64,000 bases of DNA. Origin: Raillietiella orientalis (Eukaryota). Positions 14,199 through 27,400 of this stretch are shown here, piece by piece (the stretch's first letter is position 1; every line of letters begins with the position of its first letter). The position numbers were made by a program, and so were the translations under genes. The stretch is from assembly GCA_036172245.1 (NCBI GenBank), contig JAYWIR010000064.1, forward strand, positions 1 through 64,000, written 5' to 3'. The notes beneath the pieces were generated by a model. It did no database searches, had not been told where the DNA came from, and was given only the letters and a program-made list of their open reading frames with translations.

Positions 14199-15632
14199 TC
14201 AATCCTCATTATAGCATTTTCTGATACTTTCACAGTTGCGGCGCCTGGGCCACATCCACTGTAATGCTTGAATAATATTAACAGTATCAAGTTCTAGAGG
14301 AGAGGATTCTTCATTATCCAAACGCACCAAATGATCCACACCATTAAGCTGGGCCAGAACTTGTGGTCTATAGTCTGTTAAAGACTGTGTCAAAGGATTG
14401 CCCAGTAACTCAAGTTCTTCCAAGTTCCACAGATTCCTAAGATGATATGATTCGGTGAAGCGTGCAATCTGATTATAGCTGAGATCCAATTTAACAAGAA
14501 GCTCCAACTGTTCAAAGCCTTCCAAATGCTGAATCTCATTCTGCGATAAGTTCAATACAGGAACATGGCCTACCAACAAGTGCACATCTTTTTGATCTCG
14601 GATTTTATTCTGTGATAGATTAAGATATTTGAGATTTGGCAGAGCTTTCATTGACTCAATTTCAGTTAGCAAATTATTGCTAAGATCCAAATAGGTTAGT
14701 TTGGGCATCAAGCATATGTAATGACCTAATCTCTGTAACTGACACCCTTCAATTACCAGATAATCTAGTGCACTCCATTCATATTCCTTGGATGGAGCTA
14801 AATCATCTCGATGAACATAATCACACAGTAACAGGTCACGAAGATAGGGAACATGACAATTGAGCACTTCTAAGCATTGCACAGTAGACCTCTGCACTGA
14901 TATACTGCTTATGTTATCAAGGCACACCGACTCCAGACGGAGATGCTTCAATTGCTTAAACATGATGAAGTCAAAGGTTAATTTATTTGGAACAATGTTA
15001 GTTCCAGGCAACTGCTGATCACTCCCAATCAAGTGCAAAGAACGTTCTTGACACACAAAATCCAAAATATGACAAAAATCTTCAGGACCTGTAGCACTCA
15101 TGCAGGATGCAATGGGACAATGCAACCTCACTGTCATGGCATACACCTAAGTAATAACACTCAACATCAAGCTTGAATTGATTAGTTTTACCTCTAGTGG
15201 TGTCATTGTCTTCATAGTATTAGACAGAAGTAAGCTCTCACCATTTGTATACAGATCACAAGCTATCGTGCGCAATATTGTGAAAGCCTCATAGCGATCA
15301 AAACCCAGAAACACCAGCAAATCCATTGGAAATGATTTATGTAGGAATTCACTGAGGTATCTCAAATATTTTTCTAACTGACTGCACCGTTCTTCCAAAA
15401 ACTTTATTGAATGTATGCCAATTTTTTTTGGAGGAAGTACATGTTTAGGGATTTTGTACAATGCAACTAAATTTTTGTGCAGTGTAGAAAACTCAGTATA
15501 TCTTCTCTCCACCTTCCAATAAAATCCTGTAACTTTTACTTGGATTTCATAAAATGTGCAAGAATCACGGGTGTAGAAACTTGGAATACTAATTATTGGT
15601 GGTCCATCAGTATCAGGCTGATAAACAGCCAT
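14199..15632 (-). CDS. NISCH: Nischarin-like protein (PX domain + leucine-rich repeats), 2 exons, ~462 aa
   Basis: Exons 15632-15192 and 15146-14199 (phase 0). PX motif VERRYTEFSTLH...LPPKKIG, then DFCHILDF, GTNIVPNKLTFD, LRRs (LDLSNN, LNLSQN, LDLSYN) and LRR cap GNPLT...DYRPQVLAQL...ELDTV, collinear with the N-terminal third of vertebrate nischarin. Confidence 0.85.
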
Positions 15633-16672
15633 CGAAAAGCCTACACCTTTTTACTTAAACTTCAAAAAAAAAAAAAGGAACAATCAATGGATATAGGTAA
15701 ATGAATAAAGGTAACAATCAATTTATTTAGGTATTATCAATGCTTAAATATTTTCAAGTATAAAAACGACAAAACTTAAAAAATGAGCATTTGCAACCAA
15801 ATCTTACACTCACATAAATAAATACCTAAGCCACAGATTCAACACAAAATTATGAAACAATTATTATATTTTCAATAATCCTTCAAAAATAGTAAACTCA
15901 CTATTTGTTACGACGCATGCATGCATCTGCTTTATTGAAGTACATTTTAAGAAAAAAAAAAGAAAATGCTTTCCTCCAGCATTACTTTTATTTGATCCAT
16001 GTACATTGCCAGAACTATCATGCGATACCCTGTCATTATAAATTAAGCATGTGTGGCATGGACTAACATGAAAAATTACATTTTGATAAAATTTCATGCT
16101 ATATAATTAAACAATGCCTGTGAATGTGGTCTCGAAACGGAAACACTTATAGCTTGCTAGGAGATTTAGTTATGAGCACTTCACTTTACTGACCTCATTT
16201 TACTGTTGACTATCATATTTTGTATCATTACGTAATTTCGAAACCTTTGTTTAGAGACAATTAAACGGTATGAAACTTGCTAGCATAATCGCGAAAGCAC
16301 ATACAGGCATTTGGAACGATAACAAAGTTGCTTAATTAATAAGAATCCAAGTGAACGGCAATATTTCATAACTCAACGAGACGAGGGGGGGGGGGGGGAT
16401 GAAATTTCGGAAACCTTATATCCATGAATGGACCCAAGGCCACACCACCTTGCCTCCCGTAACCAACACTTTGAGCTAACGGATAAATGGAATTCACAAA
16501 GATAAACAACAGGTTGAATAGATTCACAAAGATAACAGGACACAGAATCGGCACAAAAGGGATGAAGAGATTCCTAAGCATTATCGTTCCACTGACTTTA
16601 TGCATCTTCCTTGGCAAACGTTACAAAGTCGGATTTCGATTTTACTTGGGTAACATACACGAACATTTCTTT

Positions 16673-16694
16673 TTATTATTATTATTATTATTAT
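16673..16694. repeat. (TTA)n microsatellite
   Basis: About 7 copies of tta. Confidence 0.75.
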
Positions 16695-17541
16695 CACGGA
16701 GCATTAACTCTTCCGAGAGTGTCCTAATTGCAGTGTCCGGCTCTCAACGTCTGTCTTCACACACCAAAATCAAGAGGGGAACACGGCAAACTTTGCAACC
16801 CGATTTCTCGCGTGAAAGTTGAAAAGTAGTACGAGTCCTTCATGAAAGCAGGGAAAGTTATCTTCGTTCAGCAAGTAGATAATTTATAGAATGAAAAATG
16901 TGGATGGTTGTGGCAACGCGCATCCAAGCCGTGCTTACGCCCATTCTTATGGAGAACTTTCTTCCCGGCAGCTGCTCAGGAAGCACGGGAACCAAAGCAA
17001 TCAGGAGGTCTGCAAGCCGAGTCGATGAAGCTGAAATCTGAAGCCGTTTTGTCCTGCATTTATGAAAAAAAAACAAAACATGTCTCCGAAAACCACGTAA
17101 TTTAATTCCCATTCAGATTTCTGAATGTTTTTTTTTTTTTATAGCGAAGCGCTACATTTTGAGGTAGAAGAATACTTTTCGTTCGAATAATTTAGTATAA
17201 TGTAGACTGATACTTGATACAACCATATATGTGCAGAATTTTCAACTGGTATAAAAAATTGAGAAAATTTCTAAATAATAGGTAATACGATGGGATAATA
17301 GGTATGGACAGAAGGCAGTTCAAACTTTTGGAACCAGTTCGGATTAGTTCGGAACTAATTTCCACGTGGCTCACATGGAGACTGTTTCAAAGACGAATCA
17401 TCAAATCTGGGAAATATGCAATGATGAAATCAAATCAAATTAATACATTCGACAAACTATCTGTGTTAGTAACTGAGGATGGAGAACTGAGGTATGTATG
17501 GAAGGATGGAGGATCAAAGCTCCACAATAGACTCGTTTATG

Positions 17542-17606
17542 CTTCCATCTCTTTTCTAAACTCATCAGAATGCAGCATTCTGGTGAATTTAGAAAAGAGA
17601 TGGAAG
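17542..17606. repeat. Near-perfect 32-bp inverted repeat (hairpin) with 1-nt spacer
   Basis: Left arm cttccatctcttttctaaactcatcagaatgc (17542-17573); right arm gcattctggtgaatttagaaaagagatggaag (17575-17606); 30/32 positions complementary. Confidence 0.9.
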
Positions 17607-17699
17607 AAATGTCGTTGGAGCGATAACTTTTAATAAATCCATGTTTTTCAGCTGTCATAACAGTGCTTCACCCAGATAAATTAAGCACGATGATCGCGT

Positions 17700-18520
17700 G
17701 GAGAAAAGACGATTCGATTTTCACCCGGGTTTCGCCGGGACGTTTATTATAAAAACAAACTTTAACAAAAACGCACGAAGAAACAAAACAGAGCCTGCCA
17801 GGTCACCGGTTCGCAGACCGGTACGGTCCACCACGCAGCAGGGGGAAGGGGGAAAAACAAAAAAAACAAAACAAAAAGAAAAAAAAGAGGGGGAGGGTAA
17901 GGGAAGGGATCACTGTTGCTGCCGGGGCCGTTGCATCCTTCGCAGGATGCCGGCAAGCTCTTTCTGTATTCCTGGATCCAGGTAGGGCCATCACGACGCC
18001 CTCTTCAAAAATTCGGCGGCGTGCTGGATGGCACCCTTATCGCGAGGTCCTCCCTCAGCCTTGCTCCAAGCGGCGACGATCCCGGGAAGGCAGCACAGGG
18101 CTGCTAACGAGGCCGCAGGCCGAAGGGCGTCGGCAACGAAGAGGACTTTTAAAGCGTCCCTGGGGTTGCCGCAGGGGATGCCGATGGCCGCGGCAAAGCG
18201 TAGCCAAAGGGGTCGAAGTGCCCTTCCACAATCCACAAGTAGGTGGGGGAGGGGACTCCCGTTCCCCACACCTAATACAATTGGGGTTCACCGCTCCCCA
18301 GGTCCAATGGTGTCGGCAGGCGTTGCAGGGGAGTCCCCAGTGCTGCAACCGTAGAGCCGACTCCTGCCATTTTAAGGGGAGGGTGGAAGTGTTCATAAGC
18401 ACCGGGGGCCACTTCAGATGTTCAATCGGAACATCGAGCAGCGCGCCCCCATTCGAAACCGAAAAAGAAAGGCCGGGTAGTAACTACGTGGATTGGGTTT
18501 ACCTGGTGTAATGATATTGG
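17700..18520 (-). mobile_element. 5'-truncated non-LTR retrotransposon remnant (L1/Tx1-like ORF2 C-terminus + 3' UTR)
   Basis: GC-rich island. Joining two - strand frames across a 1-nt frameshift near 18250 gives KWQESALRLQHWGLPCNACRHHW...NPNCIRCGERES/LPHLLVDCGRALRPLW, a zf-RVT-type CxxC...H...C motif. It is followed by a pyrimidine-rich 3' UTR (about 17840-17910) and AATAAA (17743-17748). Boundaries are approximate. Confidence 0.7.
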
Positions 18521-19544
18521 ATTTTAAGATAGGGGGATCGAAATGAGGAAATGAAACGAAATTGTTGCAACTGTAGACAAAAAGAGAAAAACAAACGGCA
18601 AAATGAATGTAAATACTTCACCCCTTTATGCAAAGGCTTGCACCCCGTTTAGGCATTAATAACTTACACCTCATGACTATTTCATGAGATTCGAAATCAA
18701 GGTTGCATTAATGTGATCGTAAGTATGGTGTGGTTTGAAAACGAAAGAATGCAATCAAATATTTAATTGCTTTAGACCATTCGGTGAGGGACTTGATCCA
18801 TCAGAAATGGAGTGCTTGTTCAGAAGGCAACGAGAACGGTTTATGGTGAGGCACAGAACAAGTGAATGGAAGAGCTAAACAAGTGCAAAAGACCCAAACA
18901 TGGTTTCTCTAAGTAACTGATTTCCCAGTTGTGATTTATTTACCGTCTTCAAAGTAGTGTTGGCATTGACTGGAGCAAGGATAAGTTAATGGATTTCTCT
19001 TCGAAATAGCTGTGCTCTTAGATTTGAAAACTGGTTAATATTTAAGCAGGCTTCTTTTGACTTTCTTTCCTTCGTCACGAATGTGCTTTCGTCGTTATCA
19101 TTTAATGAAGACAGTATCCAAAATATGAATACTGCTCTTTAAAGTACCACATAAGAAACAAAACAAATTAAGAAAACATATGTAAGTCAAAGACTTAATA
19201 GAAAATTTGGGCAAACACACAGCAAAAATACGTGAAATTTCAATTTTTCATTTGTCATCTGCAGTTATAATTATAAATGACTGCGATGAATTAATTGTTA
19301 ATTACAAGATAGTTTGCAGTTTGCTTCACTCGAGACTGCAATCATTCAATCGTAACTATCAGACTAGCTTCAAATCGGCACTCTTAGTTTGATTTCATCT
19401 CCTTCTTTGAAAATGCAAAACTTTTATGAAGTTCTGACGATAAAGACACCGAAATAATCGCTTATGTGATGACAACATCTCAAGGTTACCACATTTACAT
19501 TTGAAGCTGTTACACATTTAAAAAAAGAAATGGAAGATTACTTT

Positions 19545-21417
19545 TTATTCTCTTATGTCGAACGGAGCAACAGCGACAACTCCATCAGAAACTTGTATCA
19601 AATCAACAGCATGGGCTTCATACAAATCTGGAAAACGATATAAAAATACTATTAGAATGCGGTGATCACCTAAGAGTTGACGGAAAATGTCCCAAGCTTC
19701 TTTTCGTAAATTTAGGTTGAGGTAGATTAGCAAATCGTTAAGCGAGATTCTATCTGTGGTATTCCATACTCTGAGCAGAACATCTAATAAACTCTCCTGT
19801 TGCATTTCTGGTAAAGCATGATTCGGTATTTCCATCGGAGGCATTGTAATTTCTGGCAAAATGCATGCCATTGTTCAGATACAGTAACAGAATTTCATCA
19901 CTTTACCAAATCTACTGATTAAGGAACTTCCCCCTGCTGCTGGTTCTAGGAGCAAAGCCGATTCCTGGCGGCTTGTCATCTGTGAGGATCCTCTTTCTCG
20001 AAGGGATTCTGTCGGAGGTAGCGTTGGTTCATCGATTCTTCCGGCATGGATTACCAAATGTCGGGTGAACAGTTTCTCCAAAGATTTTTGGGCCAAAGGA
20101 TGCCCAGGAAGTTTTAAAATGATTTGGGTGAGGGTCGCATGTTGACGTTGCGTATGATTCTGACGCCTAACTCACACTTGCTCAAGTCTCCACTTACTAT
20201 TCTCTGCAGAGTGTCGCCGTAATCACGCAGTTGTTTTTTCATGACGCTATCGGAGAGCTCCGTGGTCGGATCTCTAATTATCCTCCGCTTTTTCCTCGTT
20301 CGGAGAATGTTTCCTCCAGGTAGTTCCGGAAATGTGAGAAGTGAACCCACTGATTCAGGGACACGTTCTTGTTCTAAGGGAGGTACATTAATTTCAACAG
20401 GAACATGCGCTGATGTAGACTGAACACCAGTAAGTGCCGCTCTAAGCAGTTTTCATTGATTCGAATTCATTGAAACGAATGCAGCACTTACTGATTATTT
20501 ATTTCGGAGGCTTCTGAACCAGATTGCGGAAAAGGTATTCCATCTGGATGCAAAAAGCCTTCTTCTGGTGGGAAAAGGTCTGTCGGTTCATTTTCTCCTT
20601 CCAAAATCTAATATTTGCGTCCTGGCAATTTCCAAGGGGTGTGAAATATGAACGTACGAAAGAAGAATCAAGATCCTCGATATGATCAGGCTGCTCCTCG
20701 GTCATGGTGATGTCGCCTTCGTTCGCCAAGTGTGGCAACGACTGGAGAATTTGGAAAGGATATGATGATCTTTCAAGTGTTCGTGATATACCTTATTTAG
20801 GGATGCCACACTCTCAAAAATCTGGTTTGGAGATAAAGGAGGGAACATATCCATCTCCTCGATAACGATCAAATTTTTCCTCACTGGTGTGCTATATAAG
20901 AATGTACAGTTATGGATTCATCGGAGAAGCAAAACTCACTTCTTCAGATCAAGTCCATCCTCCTCCCATATTTCCGTATTTGTCATTGACTTTAAAAGTT
21001 TTTCTACCGACTCTAAATGTCCATAGAAGGTGCGTGCATGCAATTTTTTACTTACTTAATAAATATGACATCTGGATTTCATATATGCGCACCATCCCGT
21101 ACAATAAATGAGATTTCAACGGTAGTGACGAGCGCCCTTGGTTGCTATGTTTTAGTCCCTTTATCTTTGTACTGTGTGTGAATTTGAAATCCAAGTTGGG
21201 AATGCTATTCTCGGTTATTACCAGAATGACACGACGTCAACTTTCAATGCAGTTTCTCGAAATTTGCGCGCTGACGGGGCTGCAAACGAAGAAGAAATTT
21301 GCCAAATTATCGATATGTCTTCCTGGTCTGGTGCCACATCCAGTGGGAACCTTATCCTTCCTGATAACGTACATTTGTAAGAAGAGAAACAAATGAAAAC
21401 TTACTGGAGTAATTCAT
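19545..21417 (-). CDS. Diverged Rad21/Rec8-family alpha-kleisin (probably meiotic, Rec8-like), 11 exons, ~467 aa
   Basis: Exons 21417-21405, 21360-21222, 21171-21056, 21012-20940, 20891-20792, 20741-20658, 20607-20492, 20441-20198, 20159-19907, 19852-19670 and 19627-19545 total 1404 nt, all phase-consistent. N-domain DISIIWQ...VDVVSFC...SLPLKSHLLYGMVRIYEIQMSYLL; DITMTEE; SA/Scc3-binding segment RKKRRIIRDPTTELSDSVMKKQLRDY...LPGHPLAQKSLEKLFTRHL; winged-helix end RKEAWDIFRQLLDLYEAHAVDLIQ. Confidence 0.85.
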
Positions 21418-24400
21418 GTCTTTGTTTTCGAAGCAAAGGATAATTCGTGCAGTCGGTGATTCCTTTTTCTCTGAAAAGGAAAATCTGTTGCTGAATTTTC
21501 TCGAAAAAGGATTTTTTTTTCCTTCTCATTAATATGCACCCTTTCTGTGCACGAAATTGCTGTACGAAAGTGATCTTATTGTCGTTTCCTAGATTACCAG
21601 AGATCTTAAAACTGTTTCAGAGATTTCACAGTTTAATACTCTTTGGTACGCTCTTTTTGGGAACGGAATCATCACAGCGATTCAAACATCAGTCATCATT
21701 TAGAAATTCATTTAGAAAATATGGCATTTATGAATATTTTCATATAAATATAAACTCTTACCTTTAAACGATGTCTATCGTGAATTGTGAGATCATCTGG
21801 AGCAAAGTCAAAAATGATCGAACCTTTGTACTCAGACCATATTTATTTTATTTTATTTAGTATGAATTTGAACTTTGTTTTTGGAATCTCCGTATTCCCT
21901 TGGAACCAAATACCGTGGAGTCGATATGCCTCTTAGGATTCCTTATACCAGAATGATTTCCGCAACTCGATCTAATACATCATCTAATTTGGGAAGTGCT
22001 CATCCGAAATGGTTGAATACAGAAACAAGGACCAAATATGCTTTGGAATTTAAATCGCCTCATATATTAGCTCCAAGACACCTGGCAAACACATGTTTTG
22101 ACGAGACCTAATTTTAAACCCGAGTCCTATATATAAGCTTCTATGGGCTGAACTAAAAATCGATCTCAAAATAAGGCTAATGGCACTCTGGAAAGTCTTT
22201 CGGACCACCAAACGCTTATGATAACTAACATAAATCTGTGAAAAGAAAAGAAGAAGAAAAAAAAAAAATCTTTCATAAGAAAGTCACAATGATGAAAAGA
22301 TGCTTTCCTAGATCACTCGAAGTTTCTCTCCTCGTAAATCAAGGTAGTACGGATTCCTTTGATTCTCAAATTTGCGTGGTAGCATCTTTGGGAAGAACAG
22401 CAATTCTCTTCTCATTAACTTGATTCTCATCAAACGTAGACTATGAAATGAAATCGTTCGTCTCAAGAATAAAATAAAAGGAACGTTACTTGACACCATT
22501 TAATCTATGCACATGTATGTTTCCCTTATTGCTGCACCTGGAAAGTTGATAGGAAGCATCAGTAGAAAAGGTAATTTTGGTCCAGAAGTGATCAGTGCGT
22601 GACTATGCTGCAGGCAGTGCGAGTGACGACAAACTGATCCTTTACCGAGGGGATGCAGACGAATCAATGATTAAGGAAGAATGAAACACTGCAGTGTCCA
22701 GGGGTGTTCACGTACACTGTCTTTGTTCTTCAATTACGGGAGCAAGTGGAGTTTTTTTTAGAGAAGGGTTTATTTTCGTGCGGTTTCCTTTCTAGGAAAT
22801 GCCCAGAACTTGATGGCTCTGAAACCAGCAAATGATGCGATCCACAGAAGGCTTAGAGGAATCCGATGTTCAGGAAAGAATGGTTTGCTAGAATCAAGCG
22901 AAGGCGTGAGAGTGGGTTACCAAAAGTAAGGAGACGCTGGTTCCTCCATTGCAATGTCAATCAAAGAAATTTACGGGCGCGTCACGAATCCCCTACGTAG
23001 GAGCTTGGTCGAGGCATCAGCATTCTCAAAGCTATTTAAAAAGCACAGTCCGGGATATCAAATGTATATGCAGTTTTCAGCCAAGCCGGAAAAAAAAGTG
23101 CCATTCGGCTTCGAACTGTTTGAAAGACAATGAGAGACGAGGAGTGAAATGCTGAGTGGTGCTTTGAAGTCACACTGGAACAAGCTATGTGTGCTTGTGC
23201 TGAAGAACGGCAGACTAGAATGCAAAACCAGCAACAGAAAATAAATAAGCAAATAAGACTGAAGCAGAAGCCGAATATGCTTCGAGGTTTGAGAGTATTT
23301 TCATTCCCAATGAAAGTCTGCTTGAGGTTTGACGAAAGTGCATCATGTCAGGTCAATAGATCTCAAACGATGGATCTATTCCGGATAACCAGGGAATTCG
23401 GGAGGAACCAGGACAGAATTCTTCAGATACGTTTTGTTGAGTCCGAGCAAAGATGATCGCCCTGAGCGATCGGACAAAAAGAATTCAAAGAATTCAGAGA
23501 AAGCACATGCAACAGTGTCTTCGTTATGCCAGGATCTGAATTACAGGATAAATCAGACGATAGTATGGGAAGGGAATGCAGTTATAACCACTTTGAAGTT
23601 CTTTTCTGTTCTATAACGAAAACAAGTCCTCTCATAAAGGAATATGATTTTCAAAAATCAGATAGAAACCCTCTAAAATTCATTACTATATATAATGTCG
23701 ACTTTTCTAATGAAGCATGCAGAAAAGGAAACTGAAACAGACTGACATTTGTTCTGAGAACTAAAAAATAATTATCAAACCGCAACGCACATTTCTCAGG
23801 TCTGGATGCCTTTACTCTGATTTTTCGTAAGTTTCTAGGCTCGAGATTTCATGAAATTGCAATCATCAAGGAAAAATATTCCTAATGGACTCATGGATAA
23901 AACATATGGATCATATTCGAATCAGTCTCTTTTTTTAAAAAAAAAAAAAATGATAACTTTTAGTTATTTTTATCATTGAGATTTGACTGTTTCTTTTTTT
24001 TTCCCCCCCCCCGAGACTGAGGACTGCTGGATGCAGACTATCAACTAGTCAACATCCACTAGAAGTTCTTGAGGATTCTGTTGTGGAGGAAAGAGATGTG
24101 AAAATAACGGAAGGTGATTTTAGATAATAGATGCAGAACGTTGTTTGATAGTTATTTCATTCCTTCTACACTGTCTTTTTTTTTTTTTTTTGAATGCACT
24201 TTCGTAATCTGGTAGTACATAAACACTTTGAAATCTCTTCGCGACGTTCTCCATCAGAAGGCCGTATGGATACTGAGAGATCAACTGAGATCATATATAC
24301 AGTCTGCCGACTGGCAAGAGCGAATATTCCACTGGAAAGCCGAAAAGGTTTTGTTCTGGAATTGCTAAATTCCTCCCCAGGAAAAATGACAGAAGATAAT

Positions 24401-27400
24401 CTTAGTTTTCGCGAATTTTATGTCTTCAGTTCCAGATTTTCGGAGATTGTGATTCAGATGTGCCAATCCTACAACTTTTATAGATGTCCGCGTTTTTATA
24501 ATAGAGCTGGCAGCAGCAAAGTAACAACTGATTCCAACTTTCGTGTATTCTCAAGTAAAATGCATTAAAAAAAAAAAACAGAGATAAACCTGAATAGCGC
24601 CTGAGGACAAGTTTCTTGAATACTATGTCATTTATTAAATAATGGTAGAACCATATACTTTTCAAAATTGTTGATTTGTATTTTGAGTTTATTCAGCTTT
24701 CTACACAATTGAGCCAATTTCAATTTCAGCAGAAAACTTAAGAACTAAACTCTAAAGTTTCTATGTATCTCCTATACGTATGTTTGGAGGCAGAAGAGGT
24801 AATGACCCTCCCAGACTTAAATAACGAAGAGCGTTGATGGGAGTTTATGGAAGGACTTATCTAGGGTGTCATCCATAGGGATCGTTCTTGAAATGTATTT
24901 GATGCCTTCAACATTCAGTGCAATATTCCAATACTTCATTTAGATTCATTGTCTGTGTGTATTGGTGAATTTCTCCCTAAAATGCAGATGCTTCAAGATA
25001 CAGCTGAATGAACGTGGATCTTGAAATATATATTTAGAAGAGAACTCTTATAAGCAGTTATTTTTAAGTTCCAAATGCGTCATTTTTAAAACGGAATCGG
25101 CTATTAAGACTTCAAAACAACGACTATGGCCTTCGATTAATAGTTGTAGGTAAAAGTGAGCTGCAACGGTGAAAACACTCTTCTTTAAAACATGAATGCT
25201 CTTTACATGCCTTGGCTCACAGGCTCATACTTGAGGAGATTCAGAAAACATAGTCCACCGATAAAAATTATAATTCATTCATTTATTCAGCCACTTTATA
25301 ATTTGAATAGAAAGTAAATTGTAAATGCAAATGATGAATAATTCAAAAGCAACTGAAAAGAATTCAAAAATAAACACGATGCTCCCTTGATTCAGAGAAT
25401 TACAAAATACAAAAAATACATTTTTAATTCTCTGAACTTTTGATTTGTTGAAAAATTATTTTTCGTTTTAAATGGGTATAAGAATTTCTTTAAACCATTA
25501 CCATCAGGGATTCATTCAAAGGCATCCATTAATTGTATCCATCAGTTAGTACATCAATCCTTATCAGTGTGTAAATAAAAGCTGTTATCTCCAAACTGTC
25601 ACAGGGAGATTTTTCGAAGGATCCTTTCTCACATATGAATTTACATTTGAAAGTTTTTTTATTCATAAACATAATGGTTGATTTACAGTGATATGAAATG
25701 GTTGCTGCTGATAAAATCAAAAAGTAATTGAGACCATTTATGAACTTTTTGATCCAACGAAGCGATCGATCCCTAAACTTTTACCAAAGTGTTATAATTA
25801 GCTCTAAACTTTTCAATGTATTAATTTCTAAATGTCAGAAAAGTTTTACGAATGTGCTTATAATTAGTTCTTTGTGTGACAGATGTTTGAAGCGCTGCTT
25901 CTATAAAAATAAACGTCCGCTTTATTTCTTGATATTCCCAAACCTCTATTTCAATATTCAGCTAAAACCACAAACAAGCACTGAATACTTATGATGTAAG
26001 ATCGTATTTAAAAATGTACTAAGGAGCGAATTTAAAAAAATCACAATGCCCTTCTTTTTTTTGGTACATTGGACGAATGATCCTCTTAATATTCAGGATA
26101 AGTACTAAGTAAGCATTTTGTTTTTAGAATTAAACAAGGTCTAATTCATGATATCTTCGATTTCACTTTATGCTATATATGGTTTTCCCAAGGGAAAAGC
26201 TCGTTTAAGTTTCGAATTCTCAAAAGTCTGTATATTAACTGATTGTATAATCATAGTAAACTCCACACAGTGGAAATGAAAGAGAAAAAAAAAAAAATGC
26301 TTTCTTGTTGAGATGACTTCTATATACCAAACTAGATCACATCTGTTTTCTAATGCCTTCAAAAAGCATCGCAATATTAGATTTATTTTGTTAAGAAAAA
26401 GGACATGAATTCCTTCACTGAATATAAGTAACCTTTTCGACTTTGAAAATAATGTAAACAGTAGTGGACATAGAATTTAATATTTGTAAAACCGATACGA
26501 AATTTTTAGAAACTTCATATTGGCTTTACAGATGTTTACTTCATTATTTCATAGAATTCAAATTTCATGAAAAACTTGCCGATAAGCCTATAGAATGTAA
26601 GTTTACTTCTGAGGCTCAGTGTGAATTATGTGCATGTTACGTGAATTTCATGCAATTATGAATTCCAATTTGTAGAAAGTAGTTTCCGTATTTCATTGAT
26701 ATTGCAGTAAGAGCAAGAAAGTTCTATTTTAATCGTTATGGATAGCTCTACAAATGGTAAAACAGTCAAAGACACAAAGTCACTCAATTCCAAGAAAATA
26801 ATTACGTTGTTAAGATTCGTTTTGGAAAAAATTGTTACTGAGGTATTTAATTTCTCATTACTTATGAACCGCATATGCATTGAAAGCACTGGGTACTTCA
26901 TTTACAGCTGGTAATTAGACCAAATCTGTTTCAGTTTTGTTTGTTTATGAACATTGAGAATATACAATCAATTTTACGTTCTATTTATTATGGTACGGCA
27001 ATTTTCATCGTGCTTTGTATTTTGTATATGCCGAATGATGAAAAAATCTATAAGTATTTCCATTGTTTTCTGTGTTAATTGCTTAAGGGTCAAAATAATT
27101 TCTTGAGCTTTTTGGTTGCACAGAAATTTATTAAGTTTCAGATCTTTGTACTGTCATTTATGTTGCTGATACTCAATCATGAAACAGTGTACATGCTTTG
27201 TCCTGAGGATTGAACTTTCCCGGAATGTCTCGTTAAGAATAGCTATAAGATGACCAAATATTCTCTATTAAAGTTGGATCTTTTTATATTGAAGATATTA
27301 GCTTTTCATACACAGTATGTGAAAATGTTTTGCCTAAATATGAATTGGTTGAGAGTTTAGAAACTTTTCACACTTAAAAGATTGACATACGAAGAATTGA

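Noticed and set aside
14199..14300. Nischarin ends right after the LRR cap and lacks the long vertebrate C-terminus
   Set aside because: As far as I recall, short PX-LRR-only forms are usual in arthropods, so this is not evidence of truncation or novelty.
21780..22111. Possible mitochondrial insertion (TGA-containing frames)
   Set aside because: Translation in the mitochondrial code gave no recognisable OXPHOS protein.
22540..23740. Cluster of + strand ORFs suggesting a decayed transposase or gene
   Set aside because: No catalytic motif or splice-consistent model could be identified.
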